A stretch of 64,000 nucleotides of DNA from Macrostomum lignano (GCA_002269645.1 NIVC01000105.1:101992-165991); one strand, 5' to 3'; positions 38,721-63,476 are shown, numbered from the stretch's first letter. The notes: a model not told the origin generated them from the letters alone. Numbers and translations: made by a program.

Positions 38721-40926
38721 CGTATCCGTCCCACTCTACTGGTTAAAAAAGGCCTTGCAATCGCCATGCCAGTCTGGTCGCTCAGCTACCAGGTGCTTGT
38801 CCCAGGTCGCACGCTTCAAAGACTTGAATCATAGCGTGAAGCTTGAATGCGTCTTCCTGGCTTAGCAGGTTCCCGACAAAGCCCTATAGAATGTTCTTCC
38901 GGTTCACTGGAAATGCGAGGAGTTCATGGGTGCAGCCCTGCCAATTGCTTGTCAAGAGGACTGGCTGTTACGCAACGCATGCGCGAGCTAGTCTTCAGCA
39001 AAAAATACTTGCTGATGGGAGTTAACGCTCCACTGAACTAACGACGGCAGCTTAACTTTTTTCTTCCTTGTTGACCTCGAAACCTCTTTTCGCTTCCTTG
39101 ATAAAGTCTGCCAACAATTTTAGGTGTGCAGAGGCAGTTCTTAAAAAAATAATCGCATTGCAAATTTTCTTCAAGTGGTTTGCCCCGACGAATTTTTTGT
39201 TTTGACCTCACCTGGTAGTTTCTGAAATTCTACAATCCTAAATTACAGGCGTCTCTTTGACTGTCCCGCCCGCCTGCCTGACCGCGTCCAGCGAGATCTT
39301 CCTGACGGTTTGTCCCGATCCGAGTGATCGACCGCCAGTCATGTCCGACCGCCAGACTCTACTGTCCCCAGTAGTCACGTGCGGCGCCGCGGCTGGCAGC
39401 TCGAGGCTTGCGCGGCCAGTTGTGCTGACCCTGCCGCACGCGGCCTGCCTCCGTCAGGGCTTCTGGAACGTCGCCGTGCTCTGCCGCAGTGACTTGGACA
39501 CCGCAACGCCGGGCGTCTGGAAGGAGCTCCTTCGCGTTGGCAGCGAGAATCAGCAATCGCAGCAGCAGCAGCAGCAGTCTTCAGCTTTCTGTCAGCTGGA
39601 TCAGAACGTCTGTCACCTGATGCTGCCTCGGCTCGGCAGCTTCTGCCTTGTTGGCCAATCCCTCGACGGTGGCTGCGCGGTGAAGCAGCTCCGTCTGGCC
39701 GCTTTCGCCGCTCCGCTATCTCTGTCGGCTTCGTCGGACTTCAGCCTGCGGCTCCACGTGCTCAGGGATACGCCAGACGCGCTGGACCAGGTGGTTGCGA
39801 GCGAGAGGCAAGCTGGCGCTCGGCTCATTGACGCACCGAGGCAGCTGGCATTCAGGGACTGTGGCGAGAAGCTCTGTCTGAGCATCGAGGAGTTGTCTCT
39901 GGGCTGGCGATCCAAGTGCAAACACCAGGAAGTGCCTTTCGGCCACGTCTGGAGCAGTCACCAAGCTGGCGGCCTGCACTGCGGATTCAGTCTGGAGCAC
40001 GTGGATCCAACTCGACAGAGTGTCTCCTGTAAAATTGTGATCTACCAGAGCCGCTACTACAACTGCAGACAGGTGGTTCACATTGTCAGTAGTAAAAATG
40101 ACGTAAGTTACTTAAAAATCTGTTTTGGTTGGCTACTTTTAGACATTTGCCCAGGCAACAAAACGTCTCAACTCACTATAAACTTTGCAGTTACCCTGTG
40201 TGAATCATGAAGGCAGTCCGGCTTGTCCCACAAGCGCCATGCTCGATCCAAGCAGGCTGGGACTGCATGTTGACCCGACTCCGACTGTGTTCCGGTGAGT
40301 CAATTGTATGCACCTGAATTTGGTTTGATGAAAATTTTTGCACATGAGGAAGGGGGGGGGGCGACCTTGCAATGAGGTTTTTACGGATGCCGTGAATGCT
40401 AATTTCAACTTGTCACTGACCAATGAGCACTAGCACGTACACGAATAAGTGTCAGAGCGTCACTATAAGTGTCAGAGCGCCACTATAGGTGTCAGAGCGT
40501 CACTATAAGTGTCAGAGCGTCACTTACTGTGTCAGAACGTCCGATTGTCCATTGACTTACTGTACCTACCTACTATCTAAATGATCGTAACGCGTCTCAA
40601 ACAAACAAACAAGCAGTGATATTGGTATCCTTTTTGCGACCTTCAGGCTGCCGCCCCGACTGCGCAGAGCTGCCTGCCAGCTCCTGGACGCTCCCAGTCC
40701 CCGCGGCGGCGGACACGACTGGCTGACTCTCAGTCGCATGATGGGCATCGAACGGTGCGTGAATTACTTCGCTTGCCAGGTGAGCCCAACCGAGTGCCTG
40801 CTGGACCTGTGGGAGGCGCGCTCGAGAGAGGAAGACTCGCTGGCCCGTCTAGTGGAGAGCTTGAAAGCGATCAATCGGCAAGACGTAGCCAGCCTATTAG
40901 AAGGCGACCTAGATCGATGGCACTAA
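20192..40926 (+). CDS. unc-5: UNC-5 netrin receptor (SP-Ig-Ig-TSP1-TSP1-TM-ZU5-UPA-Death), 11 exons, 1006 aa
   Basis: join(20192..20684,22927..23036,24733..24916,28619..28816,29330..29512,33042..33089,33945..34124,38144..38530,39249..40102,40191..40294,40647..40926) = 3021 nt. All introns are GT-AG and phases are consistent. The domain order and motifs (ILCNG, CNCEAWN, CTPPKGTP, WSDW...CTNPEP, PPELS, GGRVCL..TGVSL, LSPVVTCG, DAP...DW...NYFA...SPT..LLDLWEAR) are diagnostic. Confidence 0.95.
22927..23036 (+). CDS. unc-5: unc-5 exon 2: Ig2 N-terminal half
   Basis: ttgaag|cg; FESDRFQFDP...LSCTPPKGTPKPQ; cag|gtaaga; phase 1 to 0. Confidence 0.9.
23070..23930. repeat. 20-bp minisatellite (agagttgctagaaggatgtc) in unc-5 intron 2
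   Basis: Direct reading. Confidence 0.95.
24733..24916 (+). CDS. unc-5: unc-5 exon 3: Ig2 C-terminal half
   Basis: ggtcag|VKWLKDG...DRGNYSCVA...; g|gtgagt; phase 0 to 1. Confidence 0.93.
24917..26650. repeat. 26-bp minisatellite (gtgtgacactatcccctgtctaacag) in unc-5 intron 3
   Basis: About 66 copies in two subtypes (ctctgccc, then ctatcccc); begins at the splice donor. Confidence 0.95.
27185..28575. repeat. 22/23-bp minisatellite (aaaatggcactctcccgaatcc) in unc-5 intron 3
   Basis: Direct reading; source of the many 27-28 kb ORFs. Confidence 0.95.
28619..28816 (+). CDS. unc-5: unc-5 exon 4: TSP1 repeat 1
   Basis: ctccag|(V)DGGWSDW...RQCTNPEPQFGGQPC; g|gtgagg; phase 1-1. Confidence 0.93.
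28925..29260. repeat. Degenerate about 21-bp repeat (ttgatctaatctctaccc) in unc-5 intron 4
   Basis: Direct reading. Confidence 0.8.
29330..29512 (+). CDS. unc-5: unc-5 exon 5: TSP1 repeat 2
   Basis: ctccag|(V)NGAWSPWSSWSYC...RSCTNPAPRNGGRTC; a|gtgagt; phase 1-1. Confidence 0.93.
29590..31345. repeat. Pyrimidine-rich 15-bp-based satellite (ctcccatctctctat) with longer superunits in unc-5 intron 5
   Basis: Direct reading. Confidence 0.95.
31880..32618. repeat. 23-bp minisatellite (gccaaaatctacttcaggggagt) in unc-5 intron 5
   Basis: About 32 copies. Confidence 0.95.
33042..33089 (+). CDS. unc-5: unc-5 exon 6: 48-nt stalk exon (EDPALLRYINGDGKT)
   Basis: ttttgcag acceptor, g|gtagga donor, 16 codons, phase 1-1; skippable in frame. 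Confidence 0.6.
33640..33710. repeat. (GACA)n microsatellite
   Basis: Direct reading. Confidence 0.9.
33945..34124 (+). CDS. unc-5: unc-5 exon 7: transmembrane helix
   Basis: tttcag acceptor; LAIYIGLFVAAAVVLTVVMVIVYLV then RKK; g|gtgagt. Confidence 0.92.
35095..35245. repeat. (GACA)n microsatellite
   Basis: Direct reading. Confidence 0.9.
36045..38035. repeat. 24-bp minisatellite (ctaggacagacactgagacattgt) in unc-5 intron 7
   Basis: About 80 copies; gives stop-free ORFs of over 600 aa on both strands. Confidence 0.95.
38144..38530 (+). CDS. unc-5: unc-5 exon 8: juxtamembrane region (PPELS, polyQ) and start of ZU5
   Basis: caacag|ag; ELLLPPELS resembles the UNC5 PPDLT motif; LGPGGGRVCLAETG; g|gtgagt. 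Confidence 0.85.
38555..38720. repeat. (GTCT)n microsatellite and short duplications in unc-5 intron 8
   Basis: Direct reading. Confidence 0.9.
39249..40102 (+). CDS. unc-5: unc-5 exon 9: ZU5 and UPA
   Basis: ttacag|gc VSLTVPP...LLSPVVTCG...PVVLTLPH...KQLRLAAF...; gac|gtaagt. Confidence 0.95.
40191..40294 (+). CDS. unc-5: unc-5 exon 10: linker to death domain
   Basis: tttgcag acceptor, cg|gtgagt donor; bridges phase 0 to 2 as needed; ends VDPTPTVFR. Confidence 0.85.
40447..40530. repeat. 20-bp tandem repeat (cactataagtgtcagagcgt), about 4 copies, in unc-5 intron 10
   Basis: Direct reading. Confidence 0.85.
40647..40926 (+). CDS. unc-5: unc-5 exon 11: death domain to stop
   Basis: cttcag|g LPPRLRRAACQLLDAP...NYFACQVSPTECLLDLWEAR...DRWH*. 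Confidence 0.93.
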
Positions 40927-40979
40927 TTGAATCACGGCAAAATTTGCATTATTAACACCTTCCAGCGTGTTTTCTATAT

Positions 40980-41100
40980 AATAAAAGCACCAGACTTGTT
41001 TTTGCTAGTCAGCCTATTACGAATTTCGGTTTGCAAAAAAATAGTATTCTTGTTATTTTAAATAAAGCATTATTCAGAGTAGACGTAATGATTCAATAAA
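40980..41100 (+). terminator. Candidate unc-5 polyadenylation signals
   Basis: AATAAA at 40980, 41061 and 41095, in AT-rich sequence 3' of the stop codon. Confidence 0.5.
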
Positions 41101-42052
41101 AAAATCAATATTAAAGAAACAGTGACAAACAACTGATGAGTTACTAAGCGAATGATTTAACGAAGTAGGGTTTCATCTAGCTTATGCCGGTGTTCTTTCA
41201 TGAATTGTCAATACGCATATTTCTTATTATGAAACGGTACTTATACCTAAAACCTACAAATAGGTTAACATTACGATGTAAAATTTTACGATGTTGTAAT
41301 GAAAGTTTTTAATACCTAACTTTTAATAATGATAATTCGAATAGTAACTTAATTTCATTTAGCCAATTGCCAGCTGTCGTCTCTTGCTTTATTCCATGAG
41401 TGTCTTTTATAAGGCTAGAAAACTATGATTGATAATCTTTTAATTCGTTATCTAAATTATTTATAATTTAAACGAACGGGATTTAAACAAAAAATAATGA
41501 AGTACTTACGCCTCGATTTTCTACCACCTTTTATAAACAATTTTTCGGCTGTTTATAAGCTTTTGTTCAGTGTTGTTTATAAGAACCTTTAATATAACCG
41601 ATGAACTTGATGTACTTAAACAAATTTTTGCCATTTTCTTGACTAGCTGTTTTAAAAAAACGAAAGCGAGTAAATGTTCAATAATTTCTTTGAGAAATTC
41701 ACCGTTACAAACAAATTGAACCTTGTATAAATTTCAAATGCATACTAATTATTTTTTTGTTACTTTGAGGGTGACTCTTCAGTTTTAATATATTGTCAAA
41801 ATTTTTCTTACCTTCCACTGTGAACAGAATTATGCTGTATAGCAAAAATTTCCATTCGTAGCACTAATGCAGTCAAACTTCAAAGATGTGAAAAATGGAA
41901 TTCATATTAATATATTGTTAATTTAATTTTGCTTGTTAATTTAAGATGCGTTGCTTGCGACTAAAAAACTATTTAATTAGAAGTTATTGGCTCAACTTTT
42001 TAAATACATTATAATTGTTGCATATTTAAAAAAGTCATACGTGTAAATAGTC

Positions 42053-42058
42053 TTTATT
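42053..42058 (-). terminator. Candidate AmtA polyadenylation signal
   Basis: tttatt (AATAAA on -) about 150 nt 3' of the AmtA stop. Confidence 0.4.
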
Positions 42059-42210
42059 TAATAAAAATTGTGACGGAATTAGTATGCAAGTGCTTGTCGT
42101 GCTTATAATTAATTTAAACGTTCCAATTAAACAAAAAAGTTTAGAAAATTTTGTGCGTTAAAAATTACACATGTGATAAGTATAGTTTTGCTTTCAGAAA
42201 TCTGTAGAAT

Positions 42211-42371
42211 TCACAGATCGCCAACATCGGCTGCGGCGTTGATTCGTCCGACTCCGTGAACGTCAGCGCGATCGAGGGCCGCGGCCACCTCGGGCAGCTG
42301 GCCGTCTCGAAGAAGCTGCTGGCCGCCACCGCCGCTGCCGTCGCCTCGAGGTGTACTTTTGCTAGTCGTGT
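42211..42371 (-). CDS. amt: AmtA exon 6: cytoplasmic tail
   Basis: ctaacgcag acceptor, phase 1; ...LPEVAAAL...ADVGDL*. Confidence 0.8.
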
Positions 42372-42961
42372 CTGCGTTAGTTATTTGATAATAAATTTGT
42401 GTGTGCAACAGGATCAAGTTAGTAATCATGCAACAACAATATAAAATCTTTCAAACCCATCACCAATTCTAAATTATTTAAATGTATTAGGTTGATTCTC
42501 GTAAGAAAGTTCTCGCCGTTTCTAGAAAACACCAGAAACTTTTTTCCAGAATGTTCTGAATTACTGATTTACTGAATTACTGAATAACTTTGTTTGAATT
42601 ACTTCGTTGAATAACTTTGTTGTAATACTCGTGAAATTTCGTTTTGTTGAAATGAAGAAAAAACGGCGAGAACTTTCTTATCAACCGGATAATACTTACT
42701 TCGAGCACGCATCTTACTGAATACTTCGATTCCAGCGAGCGAGAGATCCGGAATTTCTGGAATATTGACGCTGGAAATTAATTATACATGTCTATTTGCA
42801 TTAAAATACATGTACATATATAGACACAAGAAGGGGCAGACAGACAGACAGAGAGACAGACGGACAGACAGACAGGCAGGCAGCAAGTAGTAGACAGACA
42901 GACGGGCAGGCAGACAGACAGGCAGGCAGACAGACAGACAGACAGACAGACAGGCAGGCAC

Positions 42962-42992
<31 letters not shown>

Positions 42993-43004
42993 GGCAGGCA
43001 GAAT

Positions 43005-43042
<38 letters not shown>

Positions 43043-46000
43043 AAGACAGACAGGCAGACAGACAGACAGACAGGCAGACAGACAGGCAGGCGGGCAGAAT
43101 GACAGACAGGCAGACAGACAGACAGACAGGCAGGCAGAATGACAGACAGGCAGACAGACAGACAGACAGGCAGACAGACAGACAGGCAGACAGGCAGGCA
43201 GACAAACAGGCAGACAGCTACATGTAGCACTCACTCTCCTCCCATCCGTGCCCGTACGCAGCCAGCGGGTAGGCGGGCTCCCCGTGCTTGGGGATGTCCA
43301 GCCCCTTGCTCTCGTGCTCCTCGCTGACGCGGAACAGCCTGAGCAGGCGCAGCGAGCCGAAGATCAGCACGGACAGGACGGCCGACCACAGCAGAATGGC
43401 GGCGGCGCCAACCAGCTGCCAGAGGAGGTTCATGCCGGACCGCCTGCCCGGGCTCACCAGGATGCCGTCGCCATTGCGAAAAAATGCCACCAAAATGACG
43501 CCGACAAAGCCGCCGCCGGCGTGCACGCCGACAGCTTCGAGCGGATCGTCGCAGCCAAGTTTGAGCACCAGCCATGAGACGGTCAGATAGGCCAAGCTGG
43601 CTACCAGGCCGATGACCAGAGCTGACCATGGCTGCACTGCGTTGCAACCGGCGCAGATGGCTACCATGCCTGTGGGTTGGTTTGAGTTTAGGAACAAGGG
43701 GATCGAGAAACTTATATTTACAATGTACAGTACCAGTGGAGTTAAATTTTCATTTTGCATGTACATCCGCACCAAGGCCTTAACACCAAGGGCTTTAGCT
43801 ACAAGGGGCTTTAGCACCAAGGGGCTTTAGCACCAAGGGGCGCCAGCAACAAGGGGCGCCAGGGGTGTCAGGCCCATTCCACTGACTCCAGAGCACGCTC
43901 ACTGATAGGTACGTAGACATGCGCAAGATAAAATGATGAATAAAACCATCCGAACCTTACCAACGATCATTCATTGTGTACAATAAGTAGTTCCGCAGAC
44001 TATTTCTTACCTGCCAATCCGCCATTGATGGTGCTCAGCAGCGACCAGGTACCGAAACGCAGCTTCTGGATGGCCATGGTCAAGAATGCGGCGCTGCTGC
44101 CGCTAAGACAAGTGTTCACCATGGACAGTGCGACTGCTTGACCATCGCCTTCCGAAGCTATGGCCGCCTGCGAGCCGCCGTTGAACGCCAAGAAGCCGAA
44201 AAACAAAATGAAACCGCCAAGGGAGACTAGCGGCACGGAATGGCCGCGGATTTCCCGAGGCAATCCCGTTGTTGGATCAAATCGGCCTAAACGAGGTCGA
44301 AGGATGATGGCGGCAACCAGGGCAGCGGTGCCTCCCAGCAGGTGCACAACTCCGGAACCGGCGAAATCCTAAAGAATAATTTTGTAATGAAGCTGAAGAC
44401 ACATGCTGGACAAGTCTCAAAGAGCCAATGGGACATGCTGGGCGAGTCTCTAAGACGTGATGGGACATGCTGGACGAGTCTCTAAGACGTGATGGGACAT
44501 GCTGGACGAGTTTCTAAGACGTGATGGGACATGCTGGACGAGTCTCTAAGACGTGATGGGACATGCTGGGCGAGTCTCTAAGAGAGATGTTGGGACATGC
44601 TGGGCGAGTTTCTAAGACGTGACGGGACATGCTGGACGAGTCTCTAAGACGTGATGGGACATGCTGGACAAGTCTCTAAGACGTGATGGGACATGCTGGA
44701 CGAGTCTCTAAGACGTGATGAGACATGCTGGACGAGTTTCTAAGAGAGCTGTTGGGACATGCTGGACGAGTCTCTAAGACGTGATGGGACATGCTGGACG
44801 AGTCTCTAAGACGTGATGGGACATGCTGGACGAGTTTCTGAGAGAGCTGTTGGGACATGCTGGACGAGTTTCTAAGACGTGATGAGACATGCTGGACGAG
44901 TTTCTAAGACGTGATGGGACATGCTGGACGAGTCTCTAAGACGTGATGGGACATGCTGGACGAGTTTCTAAGAGAGCTGTTGGGACATGCTGGACGAGTC
45001 TCTAAGACGTGATGGGACATTCTGGACGAGTCTCTAAGACGTGATGGGACATTCTGGACGAGTCTCTAAGACGTGATGGGACATTCTGGACGAGTCTCCA
45101 AGAGCTGATGGGACATGCTAGATGAGTCTCTAAGACGACGTGGTAGGACATGCTGGACGAGTTTCTTAGACGTGATGGGACATGGTGGACGAGTCTCAAA
45201 GAGCTGATGACACACGCTGGACGAGTCTACTCACGTGATACTTTAACTGGATCGGCACTCCATCATCGCTAAACGTGATGCTCGCTCCCAGCGCCAGCCA
45301 ACCGTTCGGAGCCCAGGCCCAGTGGGTGACGATCGGATAGAGAAAACCTTGACCGCGAAGGAGTTGGTTTCGTTGCGATGTACACTGTCTACGGTTGAAG
45401 AACCTTGGTTGCTTATTAATGTACTTTGAGCTCTAGTGATCACCCAAATATTTTCAGAGTTTAGACTCTTTCGTCACTTACTCGTAATAAAAATATCCTT
45501 CTGTGTAAAAAATACTTATTACGATGCAAAATAAACGCTCATTTCAAAGCCTGATAAACACAAAATTCAATGAATCATAAACACTAATTTAAGCGTCCAA
45601 TAAACCCATAACAATGCTTTCCAAACACTCAGTTCAAAGTCTAATAAAGGTTTACTCCATCGTGCTTCATCAAAACCTTCTCTCAGCTCTATATTCACTG
45701 CTCTGTGATGAAGCCACGGCGAGTCTGTCCAGTGCCTCACCCGAGATCAGAGCCGAATAAACCAGGTACCCGACGAACTCGCAGCGCTCGGCCACCGCGC
45801 CGCTAACAATGATGGCGGCTGTTGCGGCAAACATAAAGTTGAACAGCACGTGCGAATATTTCTCCGGCGGCAAGCGGCTCAAAGCCCAGTATTTGTCGCC
45901 ACAGAATCTGTTGCCAGGGTTACCGAATCCGAGGGCGTAGCCAACTAAATAGTAAGCCAGGCCGCCTATGACTAAAATTGAAAAATATTTTGATCGAAAA

Positions 46001-47384
46001 CATAACAGTAAAATATTTCTGTACTTATTGAACACTACTTGCTGGCGCCCCTTGGTGCTTGGCGCCCATTGGTGCTAAAGCCCCTTGGTGCTTGGCGCCC
46101 ATTGGTGCTAAAGCCCCTTGGTGCTTGGCGCCCATTGGTGCTAAAGCCCCTTGGTGCTTGGCGCCCATTGGTGCTAAAGCCCCTTGGTGCTTGGCGCCCA
46201 TTGGTGCTAAAGCCCCTTGGTGCTTGGCGCCCATTGGTGCTAAAGCCCCTTGGTGCTTGGCGCCCATTGGTGCTAAAGCCCCTTGGTGCTTGGCGCCCAT
46301 TGGTGCTAAAGCCCCTTGGTGCTTGGCGCCCATTGGTGCTAAAGCCCCTTGGTGCTTGGCGCCCATTGGTGCTAAAGCCCCTTGGTGCTTGGCGCCCATT
46401 GGTGCTAAAGCCCCTTGGTGCTAAAGCCCCTTGGTGCTAAAGCCCCTTGGTGCTAAAGCCCCTTGGTGCTAAAGCCCCTTGGTGCTAAAGCCCCTTGGTG
46501 CTAAAGCCCCTTGGTGCTAAAGCCCCTTGGTGCTAAAGCCCCTTGGTGCTAAAGCCCCTTGGTGCTAAAGCCCCTTGGTGCTAAAGCCCCTTGGTGCTAA
46601 AGCCCCTTGGTGCTAAAGCCCCTTGGTGCTAAAGCCCCTTGGTGCTAAAGCCCCTTGGTGCTAAAGCCCCTTGGTGCTAAAGCCCCTTGGTGCTAAAGCC
46701 CCTTGGTGCTAAAGCCCCTTGGTGCTAAAGCCCCTTGGTGCTAAAGCCCCTTGGTGCTAAAGCCCCTTGGTGCTAAAGCCCCTTGGTGCTAAAGCCCCTT
46801 GGTGCTAAAGCCCCTTGGTGCTAAAGCCCCTTGGTGCTAAAGCCCCTTGGTGCTAAAGCCCCTTGGTGCTAAAGCCCCTTGGTGCTAAAGCCCCTTGGTG
46901 CTAAAGCCCCTTGGTGCTAAAGCCCCTTGGTGCTAAAGCCCCTTGGTGCTAAAGCCCCTTGGTGCTAAAGCCCCTTGGTGCTAAAGCCCCTTGGTGCTAA
47001 AGCCCCTTGGTGCTAAAGCCCCTTGGTGCTAAAGCCCCTTGATGCTAAAGCCCCTTGGTGCTAAAGCCCCTTGGTGCTAAAGCCCCTTGATGCTAAAGCC
47101 CCTCGGTGATAAAGCCCAAACCGTACTGTATCAAAGAACAAAGACCATAAAGTGAACTCACAGGAGTCCAGGATGTTCTTGATCAGTATGTTGGTCACAT
47201 TCTTCGATCTGACAGCTCCGGCCTCCAGCAGTGCGAAGCCGCACTGCATAAAGTACACCACAATGGCCATCGTGCACAGAAAGAAGTCGTTCATTGACTG
47301 ATTGCTGCCGTTGAAGCGAGCCAGAAGGCCTGACATGGTGAGCTCAACGGTGCTCAATGCGATGCTTGAGTTGCTGGTATCCAT
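42211..47384 (-). CDS. amt: Ammonium transporter AmtA (Amt/Mep/Rh family), 6 exons, 506 aa
   Basis: complement(join(42211..42371,43235..43669,44011..44368,45235..45347,45741..45971,47162..47384)) = 1521 nt, GT-AG, consistent phases. Motifs FMQCGFALLEAGAVRSKN, FAATA..IVSGAVAER, YPIVTHWAW, DFAGSGVVH, GFLAFNGGS, DDPLEAVGVH; both twin-His residues present. Confidence 0.95.
42835..43217. repeat. (GACA)n / (GGCA)n microsatellite in AmtA intron 5
   Basis: Direct reading. Confidence 0.95.
43235..43669 (-). CDS. amt: AmtA exon 5
   Basis: GMVAICAGC...DDPLEAVGVH...GLDIPKHGEPAY; 435 nt, phase 1-1. Confidence 0.95.
43769..43865. repeat. Short array of the gcaccaagggg family in AmtA intron 4
   Basis: ctttagcaccaagggg and ggggcgccagca units; reverse complement of the 46-47 kb array. 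Confidence 0.9.
44011..44368 (-). CDS. amt: AmtA exon 4
   Basis: DFAGSGVVH...GFLAFNGGS...INGGLA; 358 nt, phase 0 to 1. Confidence 0.95.
44400..45228. repeat. 32-bp minisatellite (gacgtgatgggacatgctggacgagtctctaa) filling AmtA intron 3
   Basis: About 25 copies. Confidence 0.95.
45235..45347 (-). CDS. amt: AmtA exon 3
   Basis: GFLYPIVTHWAWAPNGWL...LKYH; 113 nt, phase 1 to 0; not in the ORF track. Confidence 0.93.
45741..45971 (-). CDS. amt: AmtA exon 2
   Basis: IGGLAYYLVGYALGFG...FAATAAIIVSGAVAER; 231 nt. Confidence 0.95.
46042..47115. repeat. 33-bp then 16-bp (ccccttggtgctaaag) minisatellite filling AmtA intron 1
   Basis: About 11 composite 33-mers followed by about 43 16-mers. Confidence 0.95.
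47162..47384 (-). CDS. amt: AmtA exon 1
   Basis: MDTSNSS...YFMQCGFALLEAGAVRSKNVTNILIKNILDS; t|gtgagt. Confidence 0.93.
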
Positions 47385-47638
47385 GCCGGTTAGATCGTGG
47401 AAAAACTGTGGAAGCTTTCGAGCGGGAAGCAGTCTGGCTTTTCTGTTGAGGTAATATGGTGGGAGAGAAATAAGATGACTGATGGGGCGAACAATTTGAC
47501 ACCTGGCGGGTGGCAACCCGGCGAGTGTCAGGTGACCAGCTTGAGAAGCGAGTGGGCGGCTTCGAGGCAATTCTCTAATTGTGTAAATCGTATAAATATG
47601 ATTTTATCTGCGTAAATGCTCAACTATCCATGCTGACC

Positions 47639-49326
<1,688 letters not shown>

Positions 49327-49977
49327 CTGGTTCACCTCAAGGCTCGCAGCAGCAGCAATAGCAGCAACCCACTAATTACTGACGCGAGGACAAGCCTGAT
49401 TTTCCACCCTTTGCTCCCCCGAGAAAGCTTTAAACGCAGACAGACTACGGAAAGGGCATTTATAGTATTCCGCGGTACAGTTTCGGATTAATTAGAAATT
49501 TTCACGTTTGAAAAAGTATCAAAGTTGAATTGTTCGAAAAAAAGGTAATTAGTTCCCCCCCCCAAAAACTGATTAACTTGCGTGCCTCCGCAAAAGTAAA
49601 TGATCCGCCGATCCGCTGATCCGCTATTTGACGGCGAAGCCACCCAAAATCCGCAGTCCTATCGGATTTACGGGTCTAGAGATTATTTAAAACAAATAAC
49701 AGTCATTCGATAGCAACTTGATACTTCGCAGGAGATCTTACCTCTAGGATTAAACTTGAATGAGTTTTGAATCATTGGAAAGTTTCACTATATCGACCGG
49801 GGACACGCCCAAACGTCGCACCTCAACCCCCAGCGGGGTGCTCGGTTTCTAAGCTGCCAAGCTTTTGTTCATTGGTCTTGTTCTCAATCGGCTTAAGTCG
49901 CTGGACTTACGTTAAAACCACCAACTTTCGCACTCAGTCCATCAGCTAAGAGACGCGGAGGCGCAGGGACGAACGCC

Positions 49978-61967
<11,990 letters not shown>

Positions 61968-63065
61968 GGTGCGACTCACGATCGGAAAGAGACCCGATAA
62001 AGACTGCGTGTACACAGTGTACACAGATATTATTTTTGTTTAATTTTGTTTGCATTCTATTTTTATAAACCTAACGCTCGCGCGTGTCACGTGGAACAGA
62101 AGTTAAGAAGAAAAAATCTATTGGGAATTTAGTAACGCAAGGGTCAAGGAGTCTTGACCCTGGCGCACTTTAAGCTACATTGTCACACAACCGACGAGAG
62201 GCATTACTGGCCCATTCCGCTGACTCCCCTGAGCAGGCACACAAGCGCGCGGATACGTACGCAGTCATAAGCACACTCACACACTCACACAGGAGTGCAA
62301 AGCGGCCCTAACTTTATTTGAAACATGGATCGACAGGCCGAGTTACAGATGGTATGCAGCTGTCTTGAAAAGTACCGCATGTATTTATCTGCAGAATAGC
62401 AGTGACTCTCAGTATATTAAAAAACTATATCTGATGACAGAAGTATAACTGTAGACAATTTTATAAGCATAATCTGCACATTAATGTTAATTTCGGCGTC
62501 CTAGATCTAGATACGATGCTAATTCCAGTTAAAAACATTACTTGGCGCCTCAGGACTTCAGCTTCAGTTTAACAACTGCGCAACCTCTTCAGTTGAGTCC
62601 GCGGCGGTCTCGTTTATTTATTACTCACATTTGTTATACTGCTCCTTTGTTTGTTTATTTACATAAACCGTTTTTTTTCAAAGCAATTTTATATTACGTG
62701 TACACCGACGTTAATATTGCACAAAAATCTTATATATTATTTTAAGTATATTTTAAACTTTCCATCAATGACAACGGCGTTGTCCGGTAGATACTACTGA
62801 TATTTTTTCGCTTCACATATTGTAGTAGTAGCTGGATAAAGAGTAGCTCAGAAAAAATTACTTTAATTTTTTTTAAGAAAAATTCTGAATAATAAAAAAA
62901 TTGCACAAATAAGCTATTCAAGTATTTTTAACTCCTGAATAAAGACGTCCAACATAAAATATTTGAATTGAGCTGAGCTAATATTCTCATGGCTCAAAAA
63001 GTAAATTACCGCGTTCTGTTTTGTTCAAATCAGTCAAACAAAAGCAGAAACTATTTAAAACTTAC

Positions 63066-63089
63066 TGTATAAAAATGGTATGCTATAGT
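63066..63089 (-). CDS. Candidate 24-nt microexon (DYSIPFLY), possibly AmtC tail
   Basis: On - strand: cattcag|actatagcataccatttttataca|gtaagt, phase 1-1, followed by a plausible 50-nt intron to an AG at 63017-63016. Confidence 0.4.
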
Positions 63090-63413
63090 CTGAATGTACA
63101 CAAAAATAATTCGTACAAAAAATGAAACTTCATTGTCCTCGTTAATACAGATTTTTCTAAAATATTTCTTTATCCGAACAACTAATATAGATAAGTAGTC
63201 TTTATGGTGTAGAAAATATTTTCCAATAAAAGTATCGATTGTGTGTAGCAGAGACAGACAGACATACTGGCAAACAGACACAGATGAACAGACAAGCAGA
63301 TAAAAATCAATTTGAGATATCGCGCAAGTCAGTCATACTCAAATGACTGATGCAATGTTGCAACTGATAACAAATCTCTCAAAGCCGCATCCCATTTGCA
63401 CTCGAAGCCTCAC

Positions 63414-63476
63414 CGATGCCAGCAGCAGCCGCCAAATTGCCCCCACTAGAGGCAATTTCTATCATCGGGGTGCCGG
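63414..63476 (-). CDS. Candidate 63-nt exon (GTPMIEIASSGGNLAAAAGI), possibly AmtC tail
   Basis: On - strand: cccccccaaattttcag acceptor and g|gtgagg donor; open in the phase 1-1 frame. Confidence 0.4.

Noticed and set aside
47385-47570. 62-aa N-terminal extension of AmtA in the ORF track
   Set aside because: Starts at a non-ATG codon with no Amt similarity; ATG 47384 matches the AmtB start position.
62565-62615. Minus-strand ETAADSTEEVAQLLN* as an AmtC terminal exon
   Set aside because: No credible acceptor in a compatible phase; similarity to LPEVAAAL is weak.
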